Source: the human T2T-CHM13v2.0 reference genome, Homo sapiens
Assembly: GCF_009914755.1 (NCBI RefSeq)
Contig: NC_060935.1
Length of the DNA stretch: 64,000 bases
Direction: 5' to 3' (one strand)
The notes beneath the pieces are model-generated. The model was given only the letters and a program-made list of their open reading frames with translations. It was not told where the DNA came from and searched no databases. Positions within the stretch are counted from its first letter, which is position 1. Each line of letters opens with the position of its first letter. Shown here piece by piece: positions 53,590-64,000 of the stretch. A program made the position numbers and the translations under genes.

Positions 53590-54755
53590 TTCATTTCTTT
53601 TGTCATCACCAGCATTTGCTAAAATTAATTGTTCCCTCCTCCTTGAAACATGTTCTCTGGAACACCACTCTCTTGTATTCCTACTTCTGTCTCCTTTGCC
53701 CCTCCTCTTCCCAATTCTGCATGCTGAGGTGCCCCAGGATCTAGTCCTTGGAATTCCTTCCTGATCCACATTAATTCTCATTGATCTCATTCAGTCCCTT
53801 GGCTATAAATGCTGTGTCTAGAGTGATGACTCCCCAGTTTATGTTTTTAGCCCTGACTTCTCCCCTGAACTCTTGTCATTTCTATCCAGCTGCCATTTGA
53901 ACATCTCCACATCCATTTCTAATAGCCAACTCCATCCTAATGTGTCCAAACTGGACTTTTCTTTTTTCTTCCCAAACTTGCTGCTCTTTCACCTTCTCCA
54001 TCTCAGTAAATGGCTGCCCCATTTTTTCAACTGCTCAGACCCAAAACCTTGTGTCACTCCTGATATTTTTCTTTCTTTCACACCCTACATCTCACCTATT
54101 AACAAGTCACATGGGCTAGATCTTCCAGGATCTGGTCATCTCTCACTACTCACAATGCCATCACCCTGGAATAATGCAAAACCATGTCTTCCCCAATGGA
54201 CCCCTTGTCTACACTCTTACCCTGCTACTGTCTATTATCCACACACCAGCCAGAGTGATTTCATTTTAAATGTGAAACCCAAGTCACATCATATCACTCC
54301 TTTCTTTATATATGCCAGCAGCTTCCCATCTTACCCAGAATAACTTTTAATGTCCTTCCCTTGGCATACCATCTGGCTCTGCTTGAATCCTTGACCTCAT
54401 TTCCAATCTTTTCTACTTTTTCATATTACTTTAATCACATCAACTACCTGGCTCTTCCTTGAACAGACAAAGTGCTCTCCATCATCCTTTTCTCTTCTTT
54501 TCTTACCCTGTTGCTTCATTTGGTTGTCTACTTAAATGTCAAATAATAGTGAGATCTTACTTTGTTTAATTTTTAAATAGCATTTACCCTGCATGGCAAA
54601 TGACATGTTATGTATTTATATGTTTATTGGTCTAGTGACTGTCCTTCCTCACTAAAATGTAAGTAAAATCTGTGACATCAAGAACTTTGTTTCGTTGACT
54701 GAAGCACTCAGTACCTAGAACAAGGATAGAAATGTATTTATCAAAGGGATTAATA
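53590..54755 (+). mobile_element. L2 LINE including a degraded RT core
   Basis: 53726-53842 translates EVPQDLVLG...GYKCCV*SDDSPVY, compared with GVPQGSVLGP...YADD in LINE reverse transcriptases. The L2 3' end follows. Confidence 0.85.
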
Positions 54756-55719
54756 AATTCCATCCCCCTCCAGTGAAATTTTTCTGGCAGGGCTTTCATT
54801 CTGAAGTAGTGAGTCTTACACTAAGCTTTGAATGAAGACATGAGCTTGGATTGATAGAGGAGAAAAATGAAGCATTTCTGGGAGGGGAGCTAATTCCAAT
54901 AAAGACACAAGCTAGAAGTGAGCAAGACACAGATCCTATAAATAACTATTAATAATTTCCAGTGTTTATTGAGTACTTACTATGTGCCAAGTACTGCTTC
55001 ACTTTTTAAGTCATTTAATTCTTATAATAATGCTAGTAGGTAGTTGGCATTACAGTTTTACTACTAAATGTTGGTTTATCCCACTGGCTGCATGTTTAAT
55101 ATAAAAAGACAACCTTCGCCTTGAAAAGCAGCAATGATATGATAAAGATTACAGGTCTTTTGAGAACAAACCAGAATATTCAATCAGAAATTGACTGTGA
55201 TATGGCACCTATATAAAATCCTAAATATGAATAAAGAGCTATGCATAATGGCAGTTATTGCAACATTATATATGAGTAAAAAACAGTGGCAAGTTATTCT
55301 TCTTTCACATAGAAGTAAATCCAAGGATGGGAAAGACACTACCCCCCAACTGCCCACACATACATACACACGTTTTCTTCTAAAGGGAGTTTTTGTCTGC
55401 TCAAGAATTTAGACAAGTAATTGGTTGAGTTCCCAGAGTGCTGCACCTTAAACCAGAACTCGCTATTTTAATCTAAGAAGAAAAAGAAAATAAAGAAAAG
55501 GAAAAGAAAAGAAAACCTCAAGGGTACAGGCTTTACAATCATATAGACCTGTGCTCCAATTCTGGCTCTGTCATTTATAAAAAAGACAAACTAAGGGGAT
55601 TTCCCTCATACAATTCTCAGTTTCTTCACCTGTAAAATGGACTTAACAACTGGGTTATATCAGAGGGGACTTTGATGAGATAATTGCTCTTTTCCTGTGA
55701 AATTAGGACCATTCCACTC

Positions 55720-57120
55720 TTTCCTCTGTCTTAGGCAATGACTGGAACTTCCATTTATCCAATTTTGTATTCTAGAACCTATGCCACATCCTTAACACTT
55801 CTCTCACCTTCTCTGTCTTTCCCATGCCTAGATTCTGCCAATGCTGCCACCTACATATCTATCAGAGCCACCTACGTCTTTCCATCTTTTCTCCTTGGGT
55901 CTCCTTTACCCTCGTTAGTACAGATTCTCAACTCTTGCTTAGATTACTGTAATAACCTTCAAAGGAGGATTCATTCCTGTACTTTGTCCTTCTTTCTCTT
56001 CATTTCCATATTGCAGTTGAAACAATATTCTCACAATGAAAATATGATCAAGTTCCCCTCTAAACTCACAGCTTTAAACCTTTCACTGTTTTCTCTTTGA
56101 TCACAGATATATACACAAATCTATACCTTGTCCCACCTTACCTAACTCTCTTGTCTCATCATGGATTCTTTCCCCACCCCTCTCTTTCTGCTTTCCAACT
56201 CACTGGCTTTCTTTGAATTCTTCAAACACACCATGTTCCCTACTGCTTCAGAGCTTTTGTGTTCCCTTTGATCGAATGCTTTTGCCTCCGCCCACCCCAT
56301 TTTCATTTAGGGACCTGCATGATTCAGCCTTTATCTCACAGCCTGCGTCAGTTTATTTTAATGTGTTTTCTCAGTACCTTGTTACTCCTTTAGAGCTCTG
56401 TTATCAATTTGTAATTACAGCATTCCCCACTTATCTGCGGTTTCACTTTCTGCAGTCTCAGTTATCCACGGCCAACCACAGTTTGAAAATATTAAATGAA
56501 AAAAATTCCAGAAATAAACAATTCATAAGCTCCCCATTTGCCCACTGTTCGGCATAGCATGATGAAATCTCACACCACCCCACTTCAGCCTGCTCAGGAT
56601 GCGAACCCCCTTTTTGTCCAGCATATCCATGCTATATATGCCCCCTGCACTTGAGTCTTTTCATAGGTGTCTGGGTTATCAGATCAACTGGTTGTTATAT
56701 TGCAGAGCTTGTGTTCAATTTACTCTCATTTTACTTAATAATGCTTTAGCAACAATAACTTCATTTAGTTACTGTTATTCATCTCTTACTGTGCCTAATT
56801 TATAAATTAAACTTTAACATAGATATGTATATATCTATGAAAAAAATAGGAAATAGGAAAAAAATAGTATATGTACATGGTTTGCTACTATCTATTATTT
56901 CATGTCTCCACTGGGGTTTTTGGAACTTATCTTCCTTGGATAAGAGGGGACAACTGTGTACATTATTACAGTGGTCATATGATTAATTCCTCTAGGGGAC
57001 TCTGTGTTCCATGGAAGTAGAAACCTGTTTGCCTTTGCTGACTCTATCTCCAGTGCTCAGCACCACATCTTCTACATCGTGGATGTTTCATTAACATTTG
57101 CAGAATGAATAATCAAATAA
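55720..57120 (+). mobile_element. L2 LINE fragment interrupted by MER44
   Basis: tcttgcttagattactgtaataacct...cactggctttctttgaattcttcaaacacacca...atttgcagaatgaataa. Confidence 0.7.
56418..56956 (+). mobile_element. MER44B-like (Tigger7-derived) element
   Basis: TIRs cagcattccccacttatc and gataagaggggacaactg, with internal aattccagaaataaacaattcataag. Confidence 0.88.
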
Positions 57121-58531
57121 GACTTTACAGAACATCTCCACATAGTAGGCTCTCAATCATAGTAGCTATTACCACTATTATCTTTTAGCTACTTGAGTCA
57201 TAAAATCACATGTTTATTCTCTGAAGAAGACCAGTTTGAGTACACTTTTGTCTTAGTGGCTCCAACATTTTGCAAGAGCAGACCACAAATGTCCCCCCTA
57301 TAGCTGAAAAACCTTCCTGTGTGTACAACTCTTTAACTCAACATTTAAGTCTGCATTTAAATATGAAATAATGGATACCAAATAAAATGATTTCTAGTAT
57401 TTTTTAAAAGGAAGTTTCTGGTAACTAGCCAATGAATCTCTTCTTTTTTAAAGGCCACTCCCAGTTAATAAAAAATAAAACTATCATTAGCATAAGGGAT
57501 GCTGCCTGTTTCCTTTGATAAGTGAACAAGCAGCCCATTCCTCCAACAACTGAATCATATTCATGAAGCATAAATAAAAAAGGAGGTTATGACCCAAATA
57601 TTTCTTTTATTAAATATAATTGGAATTTCATCTGTTAAAAGATCATGTCTACCTACTCTGATTTTAGACTCTGTCTTTCCAAATTTATTACTGGCTACTT
57701 TTTTTTTTTTTAACTGCATTCCTTTCACACAGAACTGCTTGCTGTTTTCTATCTACATCCCAAATTTTCCCATTCTGTGCTTTTACTAATGCCTTCTTTG
57801 TTGCCTAGTATGGCTGTTATTCCACCAATACTTCAAGGCCCATTCAAGGCAATCTCCTTATTGACCTCCCATTTGGAAAGAAATCTCTATCTCTTGGGTC
57901 TTCCTGCAATTCTTTTTCTTTTTTTTAATTTTCTGCAATGGCATTTGTAATTTTACCCTTTTTAACTTTATAATGTATTTGCTATGTAGATTTGTTATAT
58001 GTTCTGCTAGATTTTAAGATCCTTAAGGGAAGGGTTTATGTCTGACTCAATTATTATCTGGCATCTTACCTGTATATTGATGGCCTTAGATAAGCATTTG
58101 CTAAATGAATAAATGAAAAGGTAAATATTTAAATGGAAGAAGAGATATACAGACTTTAATAAAATATTGTTAACCTAGAATAACCTAGAATTCATATTGA
58201 TGGAATATATCCATGACCCCAGATTATACCTGTCTATAAAACCAAAAATGAAAGAACTATCAGTATATCCTGAGACAAGCCTTATGTCACTCCTAACCAT
58301 GTTCTTGAGATATAAAAGTAATCAGGGTTCAAAATCGTTTTGTATATACATCTGAACTGTAGTTTTTACTTGTTCCTCATATAACATATTAGAAAAAACA
58401 TAGGCAAATTGTTGAGTAGAAACAAGGACGATCACATTTATAATATTGAAGAGCTGGATGGAACTGAATACAGCAAGTCCATTTGTAGACTTCATTCATG
58501 GGGTTATCCAGTCCATATAAATAATGGGCAC

Positions 58532-58896
58532 TGATATGGTTTGGCTGTGTTCCCACCCAAATCTCTGAATTGTAGCTCCCATAATTCCCACATGTTGTGG
58601 GAGGGAGCCGGTGGGAGACAATTGAATCGTGGGGGCGGTTTCCCCCATACTGTTCTCTTGATAGTGAATAAGTCTCAAGAGATCTGACAATTTTATAAGG
58701 GGCTTCCCTTTTCACTTGGCTCTCTCATTCTCTCTTGTCTGCTGCCATGTAAGTTGGTACCTTTTGCCTTCCTCCATGATTGTGAGGCCTCCCCAGCCAC
58801 ATGGAACTGTGAGTTCATTAAACCTCTTTTTCTTTATAAATTGCTCACTCAGTCTTGGATATTTCTTCATCAGCAGCATGACAACGGACTAATATA
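58532..58896 (+). mobile_element. THE1 (B/C-like) MaLR solo LTR
   Basis: tgatatggtttggctgtg...ccatgattgtgaggcctccccagcca...cggactaatata. TSD GGCAC/GGCAT. Confidence 0.93.
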
Positions 58897-59458
58897 GGCA
58901 TCATCACTGAACATAGTATCTGGATCAAGGATGGCAAATACCAGGTACGTGCACTTCTATTTCTTCATTCAGTGGATAGAATAGATGTCATTCATCAAAG
59001 CTGATATTCTTTCCCACCAACAGGTGTGATCTTAGAATTTTTCCTAACCCAGCACTCCAGATACCAATATCAGTTAATATACATGGTATATCTCAAATCT
59101 AAATGATTCTAAGTTGTGGAGGAATTTTCTCAAGGCCTTTTAGTTTTTGTTTTGTTTTAGTTTGTTTTAGTTTCAGGTGACTAATAACATATTTTAAGTT
59201 ATGTAAAACCTCCTGACCCCAGTAAGGGATGATAAGTATAGATTATTATAGAATTGTATGGGTGAGTAAAGCAATTTCTCCAGTGATCACAGTACACCTG
59301 CTCTTCTGTGATGCCTCCTACAAAAGCCATGCTGTAGGCAACAATGCCGCCTAAACCTTATTCATTATTGGATCTGGTAGATATCAAAGCCTCCTAGGCA
59401 ATTGACTCGAATACTATTTTTTTTCTGAAAATGATAGATTGCTTAGGAAAAGCTCAAA

Positions 59459-59460
<2 letters not shown>

Positions 59461-59532
<72 letters not shown>
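59461..59532 (+). repeat. Compound microsatellite (TG)18(AG)18
   Basis: Direct read; both tracts are uninterrupted. Confidence 0.97.
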
Positions 59533-59536
<4 letters not shown>

Positions 59537-59686
59537 CATCTGAATTCTATTAAGGTGTTATGTCATCAACTTTTCTAGAAGCCAAAAATAGCCTAGGATT
59601 CATTTTTGAATTTTGGTGGCCTAGATCAAGAATTGTACAGGGAGCTTCCACTGACTGCAGTCACTTATTGATATGTAGGCCTGGAC

Positions 59687-59909
59687 CATTGGTTCTCAAC
59701 CAGGGGCAATTTTGTTCCCAAACCTCTCCTAAGGGATATTGTCAATATCTGGAGACATTTTTGGTTGTCAAAACTGGGAAGGGAGGTGCCACTAGCACTA
59801 GTGGGTAGAGGCCAGGGACGCTTCTGAACACCCTGCACTGTACAGGACACATCCTACAGTACAGTCATCCAGCCTCAAATGTCAATAGTACAGTTTTTGA
59901 GAAATTCTG
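59687..59909 (+). mobile_element. MER20 hAT-Charlie element
   Basis: cattggttctcaaccaggggcaattttg...ctggagacatttttggttgtca...tttgagaaattctg. Confidence 0.9.
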
Positions 59910-60779
59910 ATTTAGAGAATTGCTCTAGAATGTTAGCTCACTGAGGTTGGGGATCTGATTTTCTTAGAGTCCATAGCACAATGCCTGGAAAATATTAAGT
60001 GCTTATGATTTCTTAAATGATTGAATGGAAGAATGGATGAACAATTCCATTTTAGCAACTCATGACATTGCTTAGGAAATAGAGTGATTCTTACTTTATC
60101 TTCATAGCCTCTTTGTTTGACCAATGAGCGTGACCACACTTAAAGCTAGTAATGATGAAGTTCCTAGTATATTGAAGAGGTAAATAAATACTCTTGCTTT
60201 GGCCCAAAATATCAATGTTCATTGTGGAATTAAACAATGACGAACTGATGACTGAAAGATCTATGACAGTATCTCTATCATTGGAAATGTAAGACCTTCT
60301 CTTTAGGCCATGTATGGGTTCTCATCAATTTTTGGTTGTGAGGATAAATTATTTTAAGATGTATTTTTCTCTCATATTGCTAAGTTAACTTTTGCTATAT
60401 TAATAATAGTAACAACAATAACATAAAAAAGATGGTCAATCTTCCCAGTCCGTGTGGTGGAGTTGAGTCTTTGACAAAACTATTTCCAATTATTTATTAT
60501 TCAAAATGTTATCAAGACAGCTAAAAGAACTTGAGTATATAAAGCTCAAGATACTGTCATAAGGTCTTTAGGATTTAAAACATATATTATGAATCTCTGT
60601 ATTTCCAGGACTCTGCTCTGTTACAGGTGAATTTTGTCTTAAAACTCAACTTGGGCATAGTTGGACATGAATCTGTCAGGGTTTCTTTGAAAGCTATCTC
60701 TTAGGTCTGATCCTGTGACTTCTGTCAGTCACTGGGTAAAAACAAAGTTAAAAAAAAAAAGAAAACCTCATGCAGGAGG

Positions 60780-61010
60780 AAAGAGAATTGACATTTGTCA
60801 AGCAACAGCATGATACCAGGTCTTAAAAATATACCTTTTTCTCAATTAATCCTCATAACTAATACATGAATATGTATTATGTCTTTGTGTGTTTTACAGA
60901 TGTGGAGGCTGTTACTCACAGAGGTTAATAACCTCCACCAGGATCACTCAGATATAAGTGGCAGAGTTTACATAGAACCCAGGTCTGTCTTATCACAAGG
61001 CCTCATTTTT
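60780..61010 (-). mobile_element. MIR SINE
   Basis: ttaatcctcataac...ttttacagatgtggagg...cagaggttaataacc...gtggcagag...gaacccaggtctgtct. Confidence 0.75.
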
Positions 61011-61389
61011 TTTCCCCATCTAATATTTACTTATTTAGGCCTCTGGCTAGCTGCAAGTGTGTTCCTTTACCCAGATACTTCCTCTTCCATATTTAAAAGA
61101 ATAGACACAAAATATGTAGAAAGTATGGTAAACAGTAAAATAGATTGAAGGTAAGTTTCAGTTTTTTTTCAATAAAGCAGCAAGAAATTTCCTCTCCTGA
61201 GCTAATATATTTAAATCCGTTAAAAAAATGTTGTAGGCAACTACTGTAATAAATCTGGTTTCTTTTCAAGAGAAGCACTTGCAAAAGGCTGGGTTTCAGG
61301 ATAAGGTCCTTCTAAAAAGTTCTATAAACAACCTCCCATTATCCATATCCATATACACACACACAAACACATACATGCACACATTTCTC

Positions 61390-61550
61390 AAAGTAGGTTT
61401 GAAATGCTCACTATCTATGACTTGCAAATTACTTAAAATTTCTGACCTAATGAGTGACATGGGAATAATAATTCCTGCCTCACAAAGTTATTGTAAGGAC
61501 TGGATAACGTGATGTGGTTGAGTTTAGAACAGTGTCTGCATATTGTAAGG
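61390..61550 (+). mobile_element. MIR SINE
   Basis: atgggaataataattcctgcctcacaaagttattgtaaggac. Confidence 0.65.
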
Positions 61551-63424
61551 ATTCTCTTGTGATTTCTCTCTCCGATCTTCACAGAGCATGAGCACCTTGA
61601 GGTCCTACTAGCACTGCCTTGGTGTCACATGTTAAGATAACTTTGTTGATATTCCATTTTCCCACAGTCCTAGTGGAATTTCAAGGAGTCTCTTGAAATT
61701 AGTTCATTGTCAATCAATGAGTTGTGCAAAATTGCTTTCTCATCTTCCCTTCAACCACTTGGATATCATCCTCAAGGTGACTCCTGAATAGTCCAAATCT
61801 GCCTATTAACAAGGCTTTATTCCCAGGATTTATCAATCCCTGGGAAAACAGAATGGAACATAAATTGTGGTGACCTTCTGTAACAGTCATATATAACTCT
61901 GAAGCAATTAACATTTACAATTTAGATGTATACGTGTTTGCGTTTTTTAAGCAAACTCAAGAACCAAAGTATGAGATGCATATAAGCAATAAGAAATGTC
62001 TTATGGCTCTCCAACACACCAGATTTGCCCAATTCCTTAAAAGTCTGATTATTTTCACGATCACAACCAATGTTGATCCTAGTATGCCATTGTAAAAGCT
62101 CCTTTATCAATCAAAATTTTATTTGTTCAAAAAGATAAGTCTTGCTTTCTCCAAATGATATCTCCCAAAGAAGATATTCTGTGGACCACATCTAAGGGAA
62201 ATGTGTCTATATTAAACCTGACTTTTAACAGAAATAGGAAACATTTTGCATTTTTTGCTCCATGGTCATTCTTTGACTGAATAATGCAATTCATGCTGAG
62301 AAATGTACTCTCAAGCTGTGTATCAGAGCTCCAGAATTCTGGAAAAAAATTGTATCTTTATCATTTTGATGACTGATCTTAATGATTCCAGTGTGCGATA
62401 TTTTCTTCAGTAACCAAATGCTTAAACTTCATGTTCTGACATTAGCATAGAAAGCAAAGTGAGCTCAAATGTATCTCCAATCAGTTTGCCTTATATATGA
62501 ATAGCTTTATCTTCTACCAATAAATAAAATTATCTTCCAGGATAAAGCCTGGGGTTAATCTTGAAGAATTCGAACTTGTGTAAGTAAATAGATTGTTTTT
62601 GGAAAAGTATAGAAGTGGCCACCAAACAGATCATGGTTTATTCAGGAAAAAATAATTCTGTGGTTGTTACCTGTTCCACAAAATGCTCAACCACATCTTG
62701 CTTTGCTTTTTCAGATTCAATTTTCTTTCCCACATCATTCCAAAATTGCAGCTAAATATAGTGCTTTTTAGACTTGCCAAGTTGTGACTCCCTAAAAGTT
62801 AACTTGGAAATATCTGTCACAGATATTGACAGAGTGACCAAAGCAGACCTGTGACTTTATTTCAGGGAGAAGTGCCTGGCAGGAAAGCCAAGTGATGTTA
62901 TATTTCAAAGGATTTAGGCAGGCTAGGGAAAAAATGCAGTATCTGAAAGAAAATATTACATTTATTACTTCCTAGTCTTTTAGAAGCTCCCATTATGGCA
63001 GTTGCAAACAAACAAATAAAATTACAATAAATTCAAGCAAGCAGTCACACAAATAATCCAAAAAAAGGAAATATGTTTATGTACTCTAGAAACTGAAAGC
63101 CCCAGGGTTGATTAGTAATGAAATGCCTGTGGAATTAAAATAACATCAGAAAGATTTTTTAGAATAATAAACTGTCAAAAGTAAACCGCCCTACTCAAGA
63201 TTCTGCTTGTTCCCGGCAAAGAGTTTCCAACACATTCTGGAACACGAGGAAAGTTCCTCATTTGCAAAAGTACAGCTAGCAGAATAGATAGAAGGAAGGC
63301 AGAAGACTTTATCTTTTCCTTCACCCTTCATTGTGGCCGTGATAAAAAGCTCCAGGGCCTCCTGTCCATGACCTTAGTCCTTTGGAGAAGGCTGGTGGGG
63401 GGAGTGCAGGCCAGGCTCAAGCTT

Positions 63425-63780
63425 GCCATTAGTCAGTGATCTGTGAATAGCTTTCGGTCCCTTAATGACGTGAGCGCAGGCTCCAAAGGGAGCGGGTGAC
63501 TCAGAGCGCAGGAGGCTCAGAGATTGCCTGAGCAGCCATTAGCACGTCATTGGTAATCCCAGCGACACCTTTCACATCCGCGGTATTTGTCTCCATGCTC
63601 TCCGCGGAAGGCTGCGAGAATGTTTTATTTAAGGGCTCTGGGCTGCCTTCTGCCTGACAGGATTGCTTGTCTGCAGGGCTTACTAACACTTGCAGATCTT
63701 CCAAGAGAAGAGGGGTGGGGGATGCGGAATTCCTAGTATAGTTACAGGCCATTTCCGTGAACGCAGACATTATGCCTCTG
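63425..63780. promoter_or_regulatory. CpG-enriched candidate enhancer/promoter with AP-1 and ATF/CREB-type sites
   Basis: About 15 CpGs in ~310 bp of unique DNA. TGACGTGA at 63466-63473, TGACTCA at 63497-63503, CACGTCATTGG at 63543-63553 and TTAGTCA at ~63429. Confidence 0.55.
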
Positions 63781-64000
63781 CACTTTGGAAATTGCATGGC
63801 AGATTAAAACTGTAGCCCTTGTCCTTTTACTTCATGACAGAAAGAAGCAAAGGAAAGGCTCAATCATTGCTGCGCAAAGTCTGCTTAATTCCATAAATAT
63901 CTATTAAACGTCTACTATGAAAGTAGTATAATATAAAATAGCGGTCAAGAGCACATCTTGTGGCATCTGATATAGCTGGATTTGAATGACAGTTCTGTTG

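Noticed and set aside
53873-54343. 156-aa ORF
   Set aside because: Lies inside a degraded L2 whose upstream RT motifs carry stop codons, and it has a non-ATG start.
55595-55605. Perfect NF-kB-like site GGGGATTTCCC, plus scattered TGA(C/G)TCA AP-1 sites across the window
   Set aside because: Counts are near chance expectation for 64 kb, and the sites are isolated or inside repeats.
63501-63797. 98-aa minus-strand ORF over the CpG-rich element
   Set aside because: No recognisable domain. Its length is compatible with chance in GC-richer DNA, and the motifs favour a regulatory reading.

Overview
This is AT-rich primate (most likely human) non-coding DNA, either intergenic or deep intronic. I recognise no protein-coding exon, RNA gene or processed pseudogene. 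The supplied ORFs are short, and the longer ones are read-throughs of Alu, LTR12, MaLR or L2 sequence. Roughly half the window is transposon-derived: 7 Alus, two full-length co-oriented LTR12 (ERV9) solo LTRs, a MER9 (HERV-K9/HML-3) solo LTR, THE1/MST/MLT1/MLT2/LTR16-type LTRs, Tigger2a, MER44, MER20, MER58, MER63 and MER102 DNA-transposon relics, and old L1/L2/MIR fragments, often nested. Family names come from recall of consensus sequences, not from a search. The items most worth follow-up are: a 132-bp perfectly identical promoter tract shared by the two otherwise ~9%-diverged LTR12s (possible gene conversion), a near-consensus CTCF site at ~26.46 kb, a p53/p63 half-site cluster at ~17.95 kb, two bZIP-motif-rich candidate enhancers (~43.6 kb and ~63.5 kb), and a hairpin that looks like a template-switch mutation at ~48.8 kb. 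I found no support for a novel multi-gene system.
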